DNA of 64,000 nucleotides from an uncultured Alphaproteobacteria bacterium (GCA_964010795.1 CAXGMH010000001.1:8003-72002), one strand, 5' to 3'. Positions 1 through 10,041 are shown, counted from the first letter of the stretch. Notes: a model not told the origin generated them from the letters alone. A program made the numbers and translations.

Positions 1-1
1 C

Positions 2-283
2 CCGCTTTATTACTGCTTTGACGCGACCATCACACTCGCCCGCCGCTTTGCAAAGGGAGAGAAAATCTGGGAACCGCATAAAACGCATTTCTTCCATCTT
101 GCCAGTGACACGCTCGGCCATGCCAAAGTCGTTTTGATGATTCTAGGGTTGAATGTATTTTTGTTTATCAGCGCAGCCTTTGCGACCAGCGAGATTTTAT
201 TTGTGAAATACGCTGCCGTTCTTGCTTCAGGCTTTGCGACCCTTGGCTTGCTCAGCTATTTCAACAACTTACGCTCTAAGTAA
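2..283 (+). CDS. 3' end of a membrane protein that runs off the window edge. The C-terminus resembles MraY/WecA-type (glycosyltransferase family 4) polyprenyl-phosphate sugar-phosphate transferases.
   Basis: Frame 2 is open from the window edge to TAA at 281-283. The translation reads ...RRFAKGEKIWEPHKTHFFHLASDTLGHAKVVLMILGLNVFLFISAAFATSEILFVKYAAVLASGFATLGLL..., with a GE-x-W-x-x-H-[KR]-x-H-[FY]-like motif followed by hydrophobic helices. It is absent from the ORF track because no start lies in the window. Confidence 0.4.
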   Translation, partial: PLYYCFDATITLARRFAKGEKIWEPHKTHFFHLASDTLGHAKVVLMILGLNVFLFISAAFATSEILFVKYAAVLASGFATLGLLSYFNNLRSK

Positions 284-286
284 TTA

Positions 287-646
287 TCAGGGCTTATCAA
301 AATGATAATGCACATCAATCCGGCGGCCCTTATATCTCATACCTCTGTCAAAGATCATATCAAGGAAAGCACGCACAGTTGCATCATCACCGGCCTTAAA
401 ACCGTGTGACATTGCAAATGTAATATCCAGGACAGGATTCAATCTCTCAGGATATTGACTGAGGACGGCTGTGCACTGTACATCACGCTTGTTAAATTCC
501 ATTCTTAGACTATGACCAATATTATTGCGGATTGTAGTCAGTTCTGATACTAAAACTGGATTTCGGAAATCGCCAATATTTGCACGCTTTTCATCTATTT
601 GATTCAGTCTTGTAAGTCCTTCATGCGTTGTCATCATATCCCCCAT
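287..646 (-). CDS. Hypothetical small protein, paralog A1 of the ORF at 1168..1506
   Basis: This is a 119-aa ORF. It aligns by eye with the 112-aa ORF at 1168..1506 (MEFN..C.A.L...P.RL.PVL.ITF..S..F.AGD...VRA[FY]LD[ML]IFD). The true start may be an internal ATG near 634, which is preceded by GGGGGA. Confidence 0.6.
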   Translation of the reverse strand: MGDMMTTHEGLTRLNQIDEKRANIGDFRNPVLVSELTTIRNNIGHSLRMEFNKRDVQCTAVLSQYPERLNPVLDITFAMSHGFKAGDDATVRAFLDMIFDRGMRYKGRRIDVHYHFDKP

Positions 647-691
647 TTAACCCACACATAATTAACACATAAAAAAATATTATGTCAATAT

Positions 692-1036
692 TTATGGGGC
701 GCTTGGTTGCAGCATATCGTCATGACCGAGGATATCTCCTTTATAGCCACCGATACTTTCAAAGGAAACACTCCGTACATGAATAAATACGACACTGCTC
801 AGAAACTGAAGTTCTTTGGCAATTTGTTTTAAATAATTTTTGTAATCAGCACCAGAACAATCATCATAGGCATCACCAGACATGGAAATATCAAGAGACC
901 TTTTTGACTGGTCAAAAAAGATGATAACCATGCTTTCCGTTTCTTCATCACGTAGAATAGTCTTGCGCTCTTGCCTAAGCACCGCATCTTTACATTTTTG
1001 CGCTAACTCATCCGCTTCAATTTGTCCGCCGCGCAT
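692..1036 (-). CDS. Hypothetical small protein B, sitting upstream of A1 in a two-gene module
   Basis: The ORF track gives 692..1057 with a TTG start. The ATG at 1036 is preceded by AAGGGAG at a 7-nt spacing, so I prefer it (MRGGQIEADELAQKCKD...). I recognised no motif. Confidence 0.55.
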   Translation of the reverse strand: MRGGQIEADELAQKCKDAVLRQERKTILRDEETESMVIIFFDQSKRSLDISMSGDAYDDCSGADYKNYLKQIAKELQFLSSVVFIHVRSVSFESIGGYKGDILGHDDMLQPSAP

Positions 1037-1046
1037 CCTAGAACTC

Positions 1047-1105
1047 CCTTTTCGCAATTAACTTATGAAAATTAAGTCAAACTTTTAAGGAAATTGCAAC
1101 TTATT
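1047..1105. repeat. 59-bp repeat copy 1, the leader/promoter region of gene B
   Basis: ccttttcgcaattaacttatgaaaattaagtcaaacttttaaggaaattgcaacttatt recurs at 1650..1708 with 2 mismatches. Confidence 0.85.
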
Positions 1106-1167
1106 CTTACTTTCTTCCTAGATCTAAAAACCTATTAAGCTAATTTACGAACCTTCGCCCTGAGTAA

Positions 1168-1506
1168 TCAGTCTTGTTTAAAGTCATAATAGATTCTTGC
1201 TTTGCGTGCATTGACTTCTACACCATCAAAAATCAGATCGAGATAAGCACGAACGCTTGCGCTATCGCCGGCTGCAAAATTTCTTGATAATAGGAAAGTA
1301 ATATTCAAAACAGGTGTTAATCTTCCCGGCTCTTCCTGCAACAACGCCACACACTTTAAACCGTGCTCGTTAAATTCCATTTTAGCGTTCGGGCGAATAC
1401 TATCACGGACATTCATCAAGTCTTTTTCAACCTTCGGGAAATCGCCATGTGCTTCGCGAATTCTTGTGGTGCGTTCTCCTCTGCCTGATATTGCATCTAC
1501 TAACAT
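1168..1506 (-). CDS. Hypothetical small protein, paralog A2 of the ORF at 287..646
   Basis: This is a 112-aa ORF with a GAAGGAGA RBS 7 nt upstream of the ATG. Its similarity to the 287..646 product is clear. Confidence 0.65.
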   Translation of the reverse strand: MLVDAISGRGERTTRIREAHGDFPKVEKDLMNVRDSIRPNAKMEFNEHGLKCVALLQEEPGRLTPVLNITFLLSRNFAAGDSASVRAYLDLIFDGVEVNARKARIYYDFKQD

Positions 1507-1564
1507 ATATTTATCTCCTTCAAAAACAGCATCAGTAGCACAGCCGAAACATTATGTCAACAAT

Positions 1565-1649
1565 CGTAGCGCACCAAGAGTGAGCAATCATCATGGCCAA
1601 GAATATCTTCTTTGTATCCATGGATAGTTCGAAAGGAAATATCGAGAGA
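1565..1649 (-). pseudogene. Internally deleted remnant of a second copy of gene B
   Basis: The segment tcatcatggccaagaatatcttctttgtatccatggatagttcgaaaggaaatatcgagagacc is homologous to B positions ~712-768, joined directly to ~889-905. It is followed by the 59-bp leader repeat. No intact ORF remains. Confidence 0.55.
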
Positions 1650-1708
1650 CCTTTTCGCAATTTACTTATGAAAAGTAAGTCAAACTTTTAAGGAAATTGC
1701 AACTTATT
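1650..1708. repeat. 59-bp repeat copy 2
   Basis: It matches 1047..1105 with 2 mismatches. Its distal end overlaps the rnr stop codon (1704-1706). Confidence 0.85.
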
Positions 1709-4022
1709 TTTGTTTTTTGCGTTTATGCTTCGGCGTCGTTTGTTTTTTCTTCTTAGGCTTAAACCCCTGTTCAGGCTTTTTCTTACCCTTATAACCACCT
1801 TTGCGGAAAGGCTTATCACTTGGCGGCCGGCGCCGTGATTTAAACGGATCCTGAAAGCCCGGAACCTCAGCACCCGGCTTGCCGACAATTTCCAGCATAA
1901 CAGATCCGGTCATACCATCGGCCTCGACCACTTTCACGGTCACAGGAGCACAAAGACGATAAACAGCCTTTTTGCGTTTACCGACCAAAGCGTGAGCCTT
2001 CTCATCATGATAATAATAATCATCCTTGAGGCTGCGCATCGGGATGATCCCATCCGCACCATTTTCATCCAAGGTCACAAAAAGGCCAAAGCGCGTAACG
2101 CCCGAAATGCGGCCCGTAAAGGTTGCCCCCTCTTGCTCGGCCAGATAACTGGCCGTGAAACGATCAACCGCTGAGCGCTCAGCCTCCATAGAGCGTCGCT
2201 CTGTGCCCGAGATCAAATCAGCGATCTCCGCAGCACGTGACGCTTCTTCATCGGATAGATGGCCTTCGCCAAACCCATAAGCTTTAATCAAAGAGCGGTG
2301 AACAAATAGATCCGCATAACGGCGGATAGGCGAGGTAAAATGCGCATAATGGCGTAAGGCCAAGCCGAAATGCCCGTTATTATCGGGGCTGTATACAGCC
2401 TGTGACTGACAACGCAGTACGACTTGCGAAACCAGTTGACCAAGGCCGATACCGTCTTCTTCGCCTTTGCTCTTGGCCGTCTTCAAAAGGCGGTTAAGGT
2501 TCTCAGGCTGCACCACCTGACCCTTAGGAAAAGACAGCCCCAGCCCTTCGATAAAACCGCGCACAGAGTCCAGCTTCTCCCCATCGGGGCGGTCGTGAAC
2601 GCGGTAAAGGCACGGTGCTTTCTTATCCTCTAATGCAAGGGCTGTTGCAACATTAGCGAGGATCATCATCTCTTCGATCAACTTATGCGCATCAAGTCTG
2701 TTGCGCTTTTTAACACCTGTCATCTCGCCTTGTTCATTGACGATGATCTGGCGTTCAGGCAAATCAAGGTCAAGCGCTCCGCGCTCTTCGCGTGCCTTGT
2801 CCAAGATATCGTAAACGGCATATAAAGGCTCGATCACACGATCCATAAGCGGGGCGGTCATCTCATCAGCTTGCCCGTCTCTGGCGGCTTGCACCTGCTC
2901 ATAGATCAGTCTCGCACAGGATTTAATCAGTGCCCGTACAGGCTTAAAGCGCAAAAGCCTGCCATCGCGGTCAATCCACATATGCATTGCCATAGCAGCT
3001 CGCTCTTCATCAGGTCTGAGCGAACATAAATCATTGGACAGCGCCTCAGGCAGCATTGGCACAACACGATCAGGAAAATACGTCGAGTTTCCGCGTTTTA
3101 GCGCCTCGCGGTCAAGCTGTGAGCCGGGGCGCACATAATGCGCAACATCGGCAATTGCGACAATAATATGGTATCCGCCCTCATTTTTCGGATCAGAATC
3201 GGCTTCTGCAAACACGGCATCATCAAAATCACGCGCATCTGCTCCGTCTATTGTGACCAGTGGCAAATCTCGTAAATCCTCGCGCTTCCCCAGCGGCGGC
3301 ACCTTCAGCCCCTCACATTCTTTAAGCACGGCATCAGGGAACACATGAGGTATGGCGCGCTCATGAATAGCAACGAGAGAGAATATCTTGGGATCATCTT
3401 GTTTGCCCAGAACCTCAACAATGCGCGCCTGTTTCTTTGCAGACCCTCTGGAGGCAGGGTGAACTTCGCCCGAGACAAGGTCACCGATCTCAGCCCCTCC
3501 CAAATCAGCCAAAGGCACCATAAAATCATAGCGCGCCTTCTTGTCTACGGGGCGCAAAACATAGCCCTCTCCGACCTGCTCCAATGTGCCAAGCACCATA
3601 TTTCTTTCGGTGCTCAGGCGTTTAAGCGCCTGCCCGACATAGGTGCCGTCATCTGTATAATCCAGCTTTGCTAAAATCCGCTCACCTTTTGCAAAGGCCG
3701 GGTGGCCTTTCTTAGGCGGCTTCATCTCAATAATCGGCGGAGCACCAAGATATTCTTCGGCCCAGTCCGAAGGGACGGCAAACACATCACCGTCCATATC
3801 GATATCTGTAATTTCAATTACGGCAACAGATGCCAAACGTTCAGGCAGTGTGTAATTGCGGCCACCTTTACGCTCAATATCACCGGCCTTCTCTAGCGCT
3901 TTCAGCGTGTCACGAAGTTGGGCACGAGCCTCCGGCCCACTCACTTTCAATGCTTTGGCGATAACGGATTTGGAGACTGGCGCTTCTGCACCCGAAAGAA
4001 GTTTTAAAATCTCTTGTTTCAT
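1704..4022 (-). CDS. rnr: Ribonuclease R
   Basis: 772 aa. It has RNB-domain motifs (DGADARDFDDAV, HFGLALRHYAHFTSPIRRYADLFVHR), a C-terminal S1 domain (GRISGVTRFGLFVTLDE) and a Lys-rich tail. Confidence 0.95.
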   Translation of the reverse strand: MKQEILKLLSGAEAPVSKSVIAKALKVSGPEARAQLRDTLKALEKAGDIERKGGRNYTLPERLASVAVIEITDIDMDGDVFAVPSDWAEEYLGAPPIIEMKPPKKGHPAFAKGERILAKLDYTDDGTYVGQALKRLSTERNMVLGTLEQVGEGYVLRPVDKKARYDFMVPLADLGGAEIGDLVSGEVHPASRGSAKKQARIVEVLGKQDDPKIFSLVAIHERAIPHVFPDAVLKECEGLKVPPLGKREDLRDLPLVTIDGADARDFDDAVFAEADSDPKNEGGYHIIVAIADVAHYVRPGSQLDREALKRGNSTYFPDRVVPMLPEALSNDLCSLRPDEERAAMAMHMWIDRDGRLLRFKPVRALIKSCARLIYEQVQAARDGQADEMTAPLMDRVIEPLYAVYDILDKAREERGALDLDLPERQIIVNEQGEMTGVKKRNRLDAHKLIEEMMILANVATALALEDKKAPCLYRVHDRPDGEKLDSVRGFIEGLGLSFPKGQVVQPENLNRLLKTAKSKGEEDGIGLGQLVSQVVLRCQSQAVYSPDNNGHFGLALRHYAHFTSPIRRYADLFVHRSLIKAYGFGEGHLSDEEASRAAEIADLISGTERRSMEAERSAVDRFTASYLAEQEGATFTGRISGVTRFGLFVTLDENGADGIIPMRSLKDDYYYHDEKAHALVGKRKKAVYRLCAPVTVKVVEADGMTGSVMLEIVGKPGAEVPGFQDPFKSRRRPPSDKPFRKGGYKGKKKPEQGFKPKKKKQTTPKHKRKKQK

Positions 4023-4047
4023 CTCTGCGATATTAGCACAGCTTTAA

Positions 4048-6666
4048 TCACTTTGCTGTATTTTTCTTAGCCACTGTTTTCTTTGCTGTCGCTTTCTTGG
4101 CAGGTGCTTTTTTCGCAGCCGTTTTCTTCTTACCTTTGGCCGCACCCTCTTTCTTGGCAAGCAGCTCTAGTGCACCTTCAAGCGTGGCTTGCTCGGGTTG
4201 TAAATCCTTGGGCAGAGAGGCCATTGTCTTCTTGTGCTTCACATAAGGGCCATAGCGTCCAGAATAGACGCCGATCTCTTCACCGCTATCAGGGTGCTTG
4301 CCCAAAACCTTAATCGGCTTTCCGCCCGCGCCCGATGCACCGCGACCACCTTTAACAGGGGCATTGGCGATAATATCAACAGCACGGTTCAACCCGACAG
4401 TGAGAACATCTTCATCTTTTGGTAAAGAAACAAAACGCCCATCATGCTTGAGATATGGACCGTAACGGCCAATTCCTGCCTCAACCATCTCTCCTGTATC
4501 AGGGTGTTTACCCAGCTCACGCGGCAAAGCCAACAAATCCAGCGCTTTCTCAAGCGTAACATCAGCAGGGCTTACGCCTTTCGGCAGGCCTTGGCGCTTT
4601 GGCTTTTCTTTTTTATTCTCAGGGTCACTTGGTTCCATTTGAACATAAACACCGTAAGGGCCTTTGCGGATAGACACAGCACGTCCCTCATCATTCGAAC
4701 CAAGCTCTTTCGGCCCTGCATCAAGATCAAGCCCGCCCGTCTCTTCACCTTCTTTCGGCACTTCCAGACGGCGCGTGTAGTTACATTCGGGATAATTCGA
4801 ACAACCGATAAAGGCTCCGAATTTACCAAGCTTAAGCGATAGTTCGCCAGTATCACAAGACGGACATTTACGCCCATCTGCGAAGAAATGCGGTGCCAGT
4901 TCCTCATTCAACTGGTCTATCACTTGCGTAATCGTCAAATCTTTGGTTTGCTCGACCGCTGCGGAGAAATCTTTCCAGAACAAGGCCAAAGCTTGCTTCC
5001 ATGCGACATGGCCGCCGGAAATCGCATCCAAATCATCCTCAAGCGAGGCAGTAAAATCATATTCCACATAGCGCGGGAAGAAGTTCTTGAGGAAAGTCAC
5101 GACGATTCGGCCGCGATCTTCGGGAATAAAGCGCTTTTGATCCAGACGCACATAGTCGCGGTCTTGTAAAACCTGAATAATGGAGGCATAAGTCGACGGG
5201 CGGCCAATCCCCAGCTCTTCTAGTTTTTTAACCAAAGAAGCTTCTGTATAACGGGGTGGCGGCTGTGTGAAATGCTGTTCCGGCATGATATCGAGCAGGC
5301 CGATCTTATCCCCCTCTTCAAGAGGCGGCAAAATTCTATCATCATCGTCGTCTGACTTTTTATCGTCGTCAAAACCTTCGCGATAGACTTTGAAGAAACC
5401 GTCAAAGGCAATGACCGAACCGGTGGCGCGCAAAACCACGTCATCCGTACCATCAGAGATATCTACGCCGACCTGATCCAGCACAGCGGATTCCATCTGA
5501 CACGCGATCGTACGTTTCCAGATAAGTGTATAAAGCTTGAGCCCTGCCTCATCGAGGTAAGGTTTCAAACTGTCAGGGTCGCGGCTAAGGTCAGTCGGAC
5601 GGATCGCCTCGTGCGCTTCTTGCGCATTTTTGGCCTTGGATTTATAGGCACGCGGAGATTTAGGCAGATATTTATCGCCGTATTTCTGGCCGATAACATC
5701 ACGCGCCTGAGCAATCGCTTCACCCGACAGGGTAATGCCGTCCGTACGCATATAGGTAATAAGGCCGACCGTTTCCCCCTTGATATCAACGCCCTCATAT
5801 AGCTTTTGCGCGGTACGCATTGTCGCCGTTGCACCGAAGCCAAGCTTTCTAGAAGCCTCTTGCTGAAGCGTCGAAGTGATGAAAGGCGCTGCCGGATTAC
5901 GGCGGCTTTGCTTTTTCTCGACGCTTTGAACTTTCAACTCTTTGTGTCTAATGCGTTCAACAGCCGCATTTGCCTTTGCCTCATCAGGTATGTCCAGCTT
6001 ATCCAGCTTATTACCTGCCAAATGCGTCAGGCGTGCTTTGAAATGTGCGCCATCAGGATTTTTCAAAAGCGTATCAACTGTCCAGTATTCATCCGCCTTA
6101 AAGACCTCGATCTCGGCTTCGCGCTCACTAATCAGGCGAAGTGCTACCGATTGCACGCGGCCGGCTGATTTAGAGCCGGGCAGTTTACGCCACAATACAG
6201 GCGAGAGTGTAAAGCCGAACAGATAATCCAGCGCACGACGCGCCAGATAGGCTTGGATCAAATGCTCATCAAGATCACGTGCCTGTTCGAATGCCTTTTG
6301 AACGGCTGCCTTGGTAATTTCGTTAAAGGTCACACGTTTTGTGTCTTTCCCCTTAAGCGCATTTTTTTCTTCCAGATGCTCTTTTACGTGCCATGCAATG
6401 GCCTCCCCCTCGCGATCCGGGTCAGTCGCCAGAATAAGCGTATCCGCATCTTTTAACGCATCGCGAATTTCTTTGAGGGTTTTCTTTCCACGGTCAGAGA
6501 CATCCCAGCTCATCGCAAAATCTTCATCAGGGCGCACAGATCCATCTTTTGGCGGCAAGTCACGCACATGACCAAAAGAAGCCAGAACCGTATAATCTTT
6601 TCCTAAATATTTATTGATGGTTTTCGCTTTAGCGGGAGATTCAACAATGACCAGAGTATGTGTCAC
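4048..6666 (-). CDS. topA: DNA topoisomerase I
   Basis: 872 aa. It has the TOPRIM N-terminus (LVIVESPAKAKTINKYLG, ATDPDREGEAIAWH), the active-site region ITYMRTDG, a C4 zinc ribbon (CPSCDTG...CSNYPEC) and a basic tail. Confidence 0.96.
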   Translation of the reverse strand: MTHTLVIVESPAKAKTINKYLGKDYTVLASFGHVRDLPPKDGSVRPDEDFAMSWDVSDRGKKTLKEIRDALKDADTLILATDPDREGEAIAWHVKEHLEEKNALKGKDTKRVTFNEITKAAVQKAFEQARDLDEHLIQAYLARRALDYLFGFTLSPVLWRKLPGSKSAGRVQSVALRLISEREAEIEVFKADEYWTVDTLLKNPDGAHFKARLTHLAGNKLDKLDIPDEAKANAAVERIRHKELKVQSVEKKQSRRNPAAPFITSTLQQEASRKLGFGATATMRTAQKLYEGVDIKGETVGLITYMRTDGITLSGEAIAQARDVIGQKYGDKYLPKSPRAYKSKAKNAQEAHEAIRPTDLSRDPDSLKPYLDEAGLKLYTLIWKRTIACQMESAVLDQVGVDISDGTDDVVLRATGSVIAFDGFFKVYREGFDDDKKSDDDDDRILPPLEEGDKIGLLDIMPEQHFTQPPPRYTEASLVKKLEELGIGRPSTYASIIQVLQDRDYVRLDQKRFIPEDRGRIVVTFLKNFFPRYVEYDFTASLEDDLDAISGGHVAWKQALALFWKDFSAAVEQTKDLTITQVIDQLNEELAPHFFADGRKCPSCDTGELSLKLGKFGAFIGCSNYPECNYTRRLEVPKEGEETGGLDLDAGPKELGSNDEGRAVSIRKGPYGVYVQMEPSDPENKKEKPKRQGLPKGVSPADVTLEKALDLLALPRELGKHPDTGEMVEAGIGRYGPYLKHDGRFVSLPKDEDVLTVGLNRAVDIIANAPVKGGRGASGAGGKPIKVLGKHPDSGEEIGVYSGRYGPYVKHKKTMASLPKDLQPEQATLEGALELLAKKEGAAKGKKKTAAKKAPAKKATAKKTVAKKNTAK

Positions 6667-6706
6667 TTAACCTTTTCCTTCTTATTCCTGTCGCCCCTCA
6701 AAGCCA

Positions 6707-7876
6707 TTAAGACAAGCGGCAAACCCGATTTCCGGGCAATCGTTCGATCTCGCCAGCCAGCTCCATCGCCAAAAGAGCGGTATTTAATTCCGATACAGAG
6801 ACATGACACGCCCTGACCAATTCGTCAATGGCAAGAGGTTGACCACTCAGCGCATCAAGGATCGTCTCATTTATATTTTCGGGCGCAACGCTTTCTTGTA
6901 AGATGCCCGTTCCAGACACGGCTCCATTGCTTATTTCAAAGTGAAACTCCTCTTCACTTTCGAGCAGGCTTGGCTGTTTCGGAGAAGGAAGCTGCCAACC
7001 GCTCAGAGCGTCGATAACGTCTTGGGCATGACGAACCAAAAGCGCACCCTCACGGATCAGCTTATTCGGCCCGGATGCGCGCGGATCATCAGGATAGCCG
7101 GGCACGGCCATAACGTCACGCCCCTGCTCTAACGCCAGTCTTGCAGTAATTAAAGAGCCTGAACGCTCACTTGCCTCAACCACAATAACGGCTCGAGAAA
7201 GACCCGAGACAATGCGGTTGCGGCGCGGAAAAAGTTGCGCTGATGGTTGTGTGCCCACAGGATTTTCTGCAACGATACAACCCTGCTTAATAATCTTGGC
7301 ATAAAGCTCTTTATTTTCCCGTGGATAAATTACATCCGCCCCGCCCGCAAGCACAGCCACCGTCTGACCACCTGCGGCCAAAGCCCCTTCATGCGCAGAT
7401 GTGTCAACTCCGCGCGCCAAACCAGAGGTCACAACAAACCCTGCCTGCACCAGATCACCCGCCAGCTTATACGTAAACTTACGGGCATTGAGCGATGCAT
7501 TACGCGCACCGACAATAGCAATTTGCGGCTTTGTTAAAATAGAGACATCACCCAAAATCGAGAGCACCGGCGGACTATCCTCAACAACAGACAAACTTTC
7601 GGGATAGCGTTCATCGCCCCATAAAAGGTGCTGGCCGCCTATTTTATGCAATTGCTTTATTTCCAATTGCACAGCCTCCGGAGATAACGGCTCAAGCACC
7701 TTCCCTCCTTTTTTAGAGAGATGCGGCAAAGCGGCAAGCGCATCTTGGGGCTTATCAAACCGTGCCAAAAGGCGGCGCAGAGTTATTGGCCCGACCCTTT
7801 GCGTACGAGCAAGTCGCAGCAAAGCATATTGCTCGGGAGTAAGTTCAGGTGCTTTCGTCTCTTTTACGGCAAACAT
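6707..7876 (-). CDS. dprA: DNA-processing protein DprA
   Basis: It has the Rossmann-like core IAIVGARNASLNARKF...VTSGLARGVDTSAHEGAL. The ORF extends to 7963, but that start would overlap plsY. The ATG at 7876 (MFAVKETK...) is more plausible. Confidence 0.88.
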   Translation of the reverse strand: MFAVKETKAPELTPEQYALLRLARTQRVGPITLRRLLARFDKPQDALAALPHLSKKGGKVLEPLSPEAVQLEIKQLHKIGGQHLLWGDERYPESLSVVEDSPPVLSILGDVSILTKPQIAIVGARNASLNARKFTYKLAGDLVQAGFVVTSGLARGVDTSAHEGALAAGGQTVAVLAGGADVIYPRENKELYAKIIKQGCIVAENPVGTQPSAQLFPRRNRIVSGLSRAVIVVEASERSGSLITARLALEQGRDVMAVPGYPDDPRASGPNKLIREGALLVRHAQDVIDALSGWQLPSPKQPSLLESEEEFHFEISNGAVSGTGILQESVAPENINETILDALSGQPLAIDELVRACHVSVSELNTALLAMELAGEIERLPGNRVCRLS

Positions 7877-7887
7877 GAATGTGACAC

Positions 7888-8529
7888 TTACTTCTTCTTT
7901 TGACCGATTTTCGGCTCTTCTCCCTTGATAAGACGCACGATATTCTCGTGATGCCTTGCCCATGCAATGAGCGCGATCAAACCGATGAGATAGACCTGAT
8001 TAGGCTCTCCTATGACTAGTGCAGCAACGGGCGCAAGTGCCATCGAAACCAAAGCCGACAGTGATGAAATTCTGAAGATCAGAGCTGTAAGCAACCAAAT
8101 AAGACAGGCGGCAATACCGGTCGGCCAGTTCAGCGCCAATAAAACACCCAATGTTGTCGCAATCCCCTTCCCGCCCTTGAACTTAAGCCACACAGGAAAG
8201 TTATGACCTAAGATAGAGCCAAGTGCTGCGCCAAAGGCATAAGCCGGCCCCAAACACCAGCCGATCAAAACTGCAATCGCGCCCTTACCGCCATCAAGCA
8301 AAACTGTCAGGAATGCCAGATCCTTACGGCCGGCTCTTAAGACATTAGTAGCGCCGATATTGCCGGAACCGATCTTGCGAATATCACCAAGCCCCGCCAA
8401 TGAGCAAAGCACCAAACCAAAAGGGATAGCCCCAAGCATATAGCCGCCCAAAATTCCAATTAAACCGTCTACGCCTATATGCTGACCGAACGCCTCGACC
8501 GCACGAAGCAAAAATCCAAATTCAGGCAT
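7888..8529 (-). CDS. plsY: Glycerol-3-phosphate acyltransferase PlsY
   Basis: 213-aa polytopic protein with GSGNIGATNVLR and FKGGKG motifs. Confidence 0.93.
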   Translation of the reverse strand: MPEFGFLLRAVEAFGQHIGVDGLIGILGGYMLGAIPFGLVLCSLAGLGDIRKIGSGNIGATNVLRAGRKDLAFLTVLLDGGKGAIAVLIGWCLGPAYAFGAALGSILGHNFPVWLKFKGGKGIATTLGVLLALNWPTGIAACLIWLLTALIFRISSLSALVSMALAPVAALVIGEPNQVYLIGLIALIAWARHHENIVRLIKGEEPKIGQKKK

Positions 8530-8546
8530 TCACACCTCCTGTTTTT

Positions 8547-9479
8547 TTAATCTCTTAAAAGCGCACGCTTCAAAATCGCCATACGCATTGCAACACCATT
8601 ACGCACCTGCCTCAGCACAAGACTGCGCTGCGGATCATCCGCCAAAACAGGGTCAATTTCCACACCGCGATTCATAGGGCCCGGATGCATTACATATGCA
8701 CCGTCATTGGCATAAGCGAGACTATCATAATTCAAACCGAACTCCGCATGAAAATCATTCGGATCAGGCACCAACCCTGCGGCCATGCGCTCTTTTTGAA
8801 TGCGCAGGCACATCACGATGTCACAGCCGCTAAGCCCGTCTTTAAGATTATCGAAACAAGTAACGCCCTCAGGCAAATCCTTCTCTCTCGGCATTAACGC
8901 TTCAGGTGCAACAACGTGAAGTTCAGCACCGAGCTTTGATAACAAAGCCAGATTAGAGCGCGCCACACGGCTATGCGCTATATCGCCGCAAATTGCGATA
9001 CGCCGCCTCTTAAGATCACCCAATACCTGCCGCATAGTCACAGCGTCCAGCAAAGCCTGAGACGGATGCGCGCGCCACCCGTCACCACCATTGACCACAG
9101 GACAACCCACAAGCGAGGCCGCCGTGTAAGGCGCCTTATACTCACCATGGCGCATCACCAAAACATCAGGGCTCATAGCACCTAGATTAGCCAAAGTGTC
9201 GCTAAGATCCTCACCTTTGCTTGCCGAGCTTCCTGCCGCTGTCCAGTTAATCACCCGCAAACCAAGCCTATGCGCCGCCATTTCAAAAGACACACGCGTG
9301 CGTGTTGAATCTTCGAAAAAGGCATTTATCAAAACCTTGTCACGACAGCGCTCATCAATTGTGGATTTTTCTTGGGATAAATCTTGAACAAATCCATCCG
9401 CCTCATCCATTAGCGCAATGATCTCTGACGCGCTCAGTGACTCAATATCAAGCAAATGGGGTAACTCATTTTTAATCAT
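8547..9479 (-). CDS. pyrB: Aspartate carbamoyltransferase catalytic subunit
   Basis: 310 aa with the motifs STRTRVSFE, HPSQALLD and HPGPMNRGVEI. Confidence 0.95.
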   Translation of the reverse strand: MIKNELPHLLDIESLSASEIIALMDEADGFVQDLSQEKSTIDERCRDKVLINAFFEDSTRTRVSFEMAAHRLGLRVINWTAAGSSASKGEDLSDTLANLGAMSPDVLVMRHGEYKAPYTAASLVGCPVVNGGDGWRAHPSQALLDAVTMRQVLGDLKRRRIAICGDIAHSRVARSNLALLSKLGAELHVVAPEALMPREKDLPEGVTCFDNLKDGLSGCDIVMCLRIQKERMAAGLVPDPNDFHAEFGLNYDSLAYANDGAYVMHPGPMNRGVEIDPVLADDPQRSLVLRQVRNGVAMRMAILKRALLRD

Positions 9480-9663
9480 AGAAACATCCTACATCCAACT
9501 GAAAAAAAAGCAATATGACCTTTCTATTTACAACAGAGCAAGGTTTCACTACACTTTTTGTAGGTGATTCGTATCTTTCGCCTGAAAGGACAACCTGATT
9601 CAGACAATAATCCACAAGCATTGGGCCCAATATGTTTGTGGATAAACATTGAGAGAAACACGC

Positions 9664-10041
9664 GTGAGCTCTAAAATTTTGATCGTAGAAGACAACGACT
9701 TTGTCCGGATGCAAATCAAAAGCTTTCTGGAAGGTGCCGGCTATAACTGTGAAGAAGCCGCACAGGGAGATATTGCCCTTGATATCATTGACGACAGTTT
9801 CGATGCAGCCGTTGTCGACGTCCGTATGGAGCCCATAGACGGGCTTGGATTTGTCAAAGCCTTACGAGCGAGAGAACTAAACACACCTGTCGTACTTGTT
9901 ACCGGCGACCAAAGTCCAGACCTGCTGTCTGAGTCAGGCAAACTGGGCGTTAGCGGCGTATTAATCAAACCTGTTGAAAAAGACCGCCTTATTAAAATGG
10001 TGGAGCGGCTGATTGCCATGCGCAAAAGGAGGCCTTCATGA
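9664..10041 (+). CDS. Single-domain CheY-like response regulator (REC only), first gene of the pilus-like cluster
   Basis: The sequence KILIVEDNDFVR...AAVVDVRMEPIDGLGF...VVLVTGD...LIKP shows the acidic pocket, phospho-acceptor Asp, Thr and Lys positions. The GTG at 9664 is preferred over the TTG at 9649. The stop overlaps the next start (ATGA at 10038-10041). Confidence 0.85.
   Translation: MSSKILIVEDNDFVRMQIKSFLEGAGYNCEEAAQGDIALDIIDDSFDAAVVDVRMEPIDGLGFVKALRARELNTPVVLVTGDQSPDLLSESGKLGVSGVLIKPVEKDRLIKMVERLIAMRKRRPS

Noticed and set aside
1688-1888. A 66-aa ORF overlapping the 3' end of rnr.
   Set aside because: It lies in an alternative frame of the Lys-rich rnr tail, and its Arg-rich translation is an artefact of that composition.
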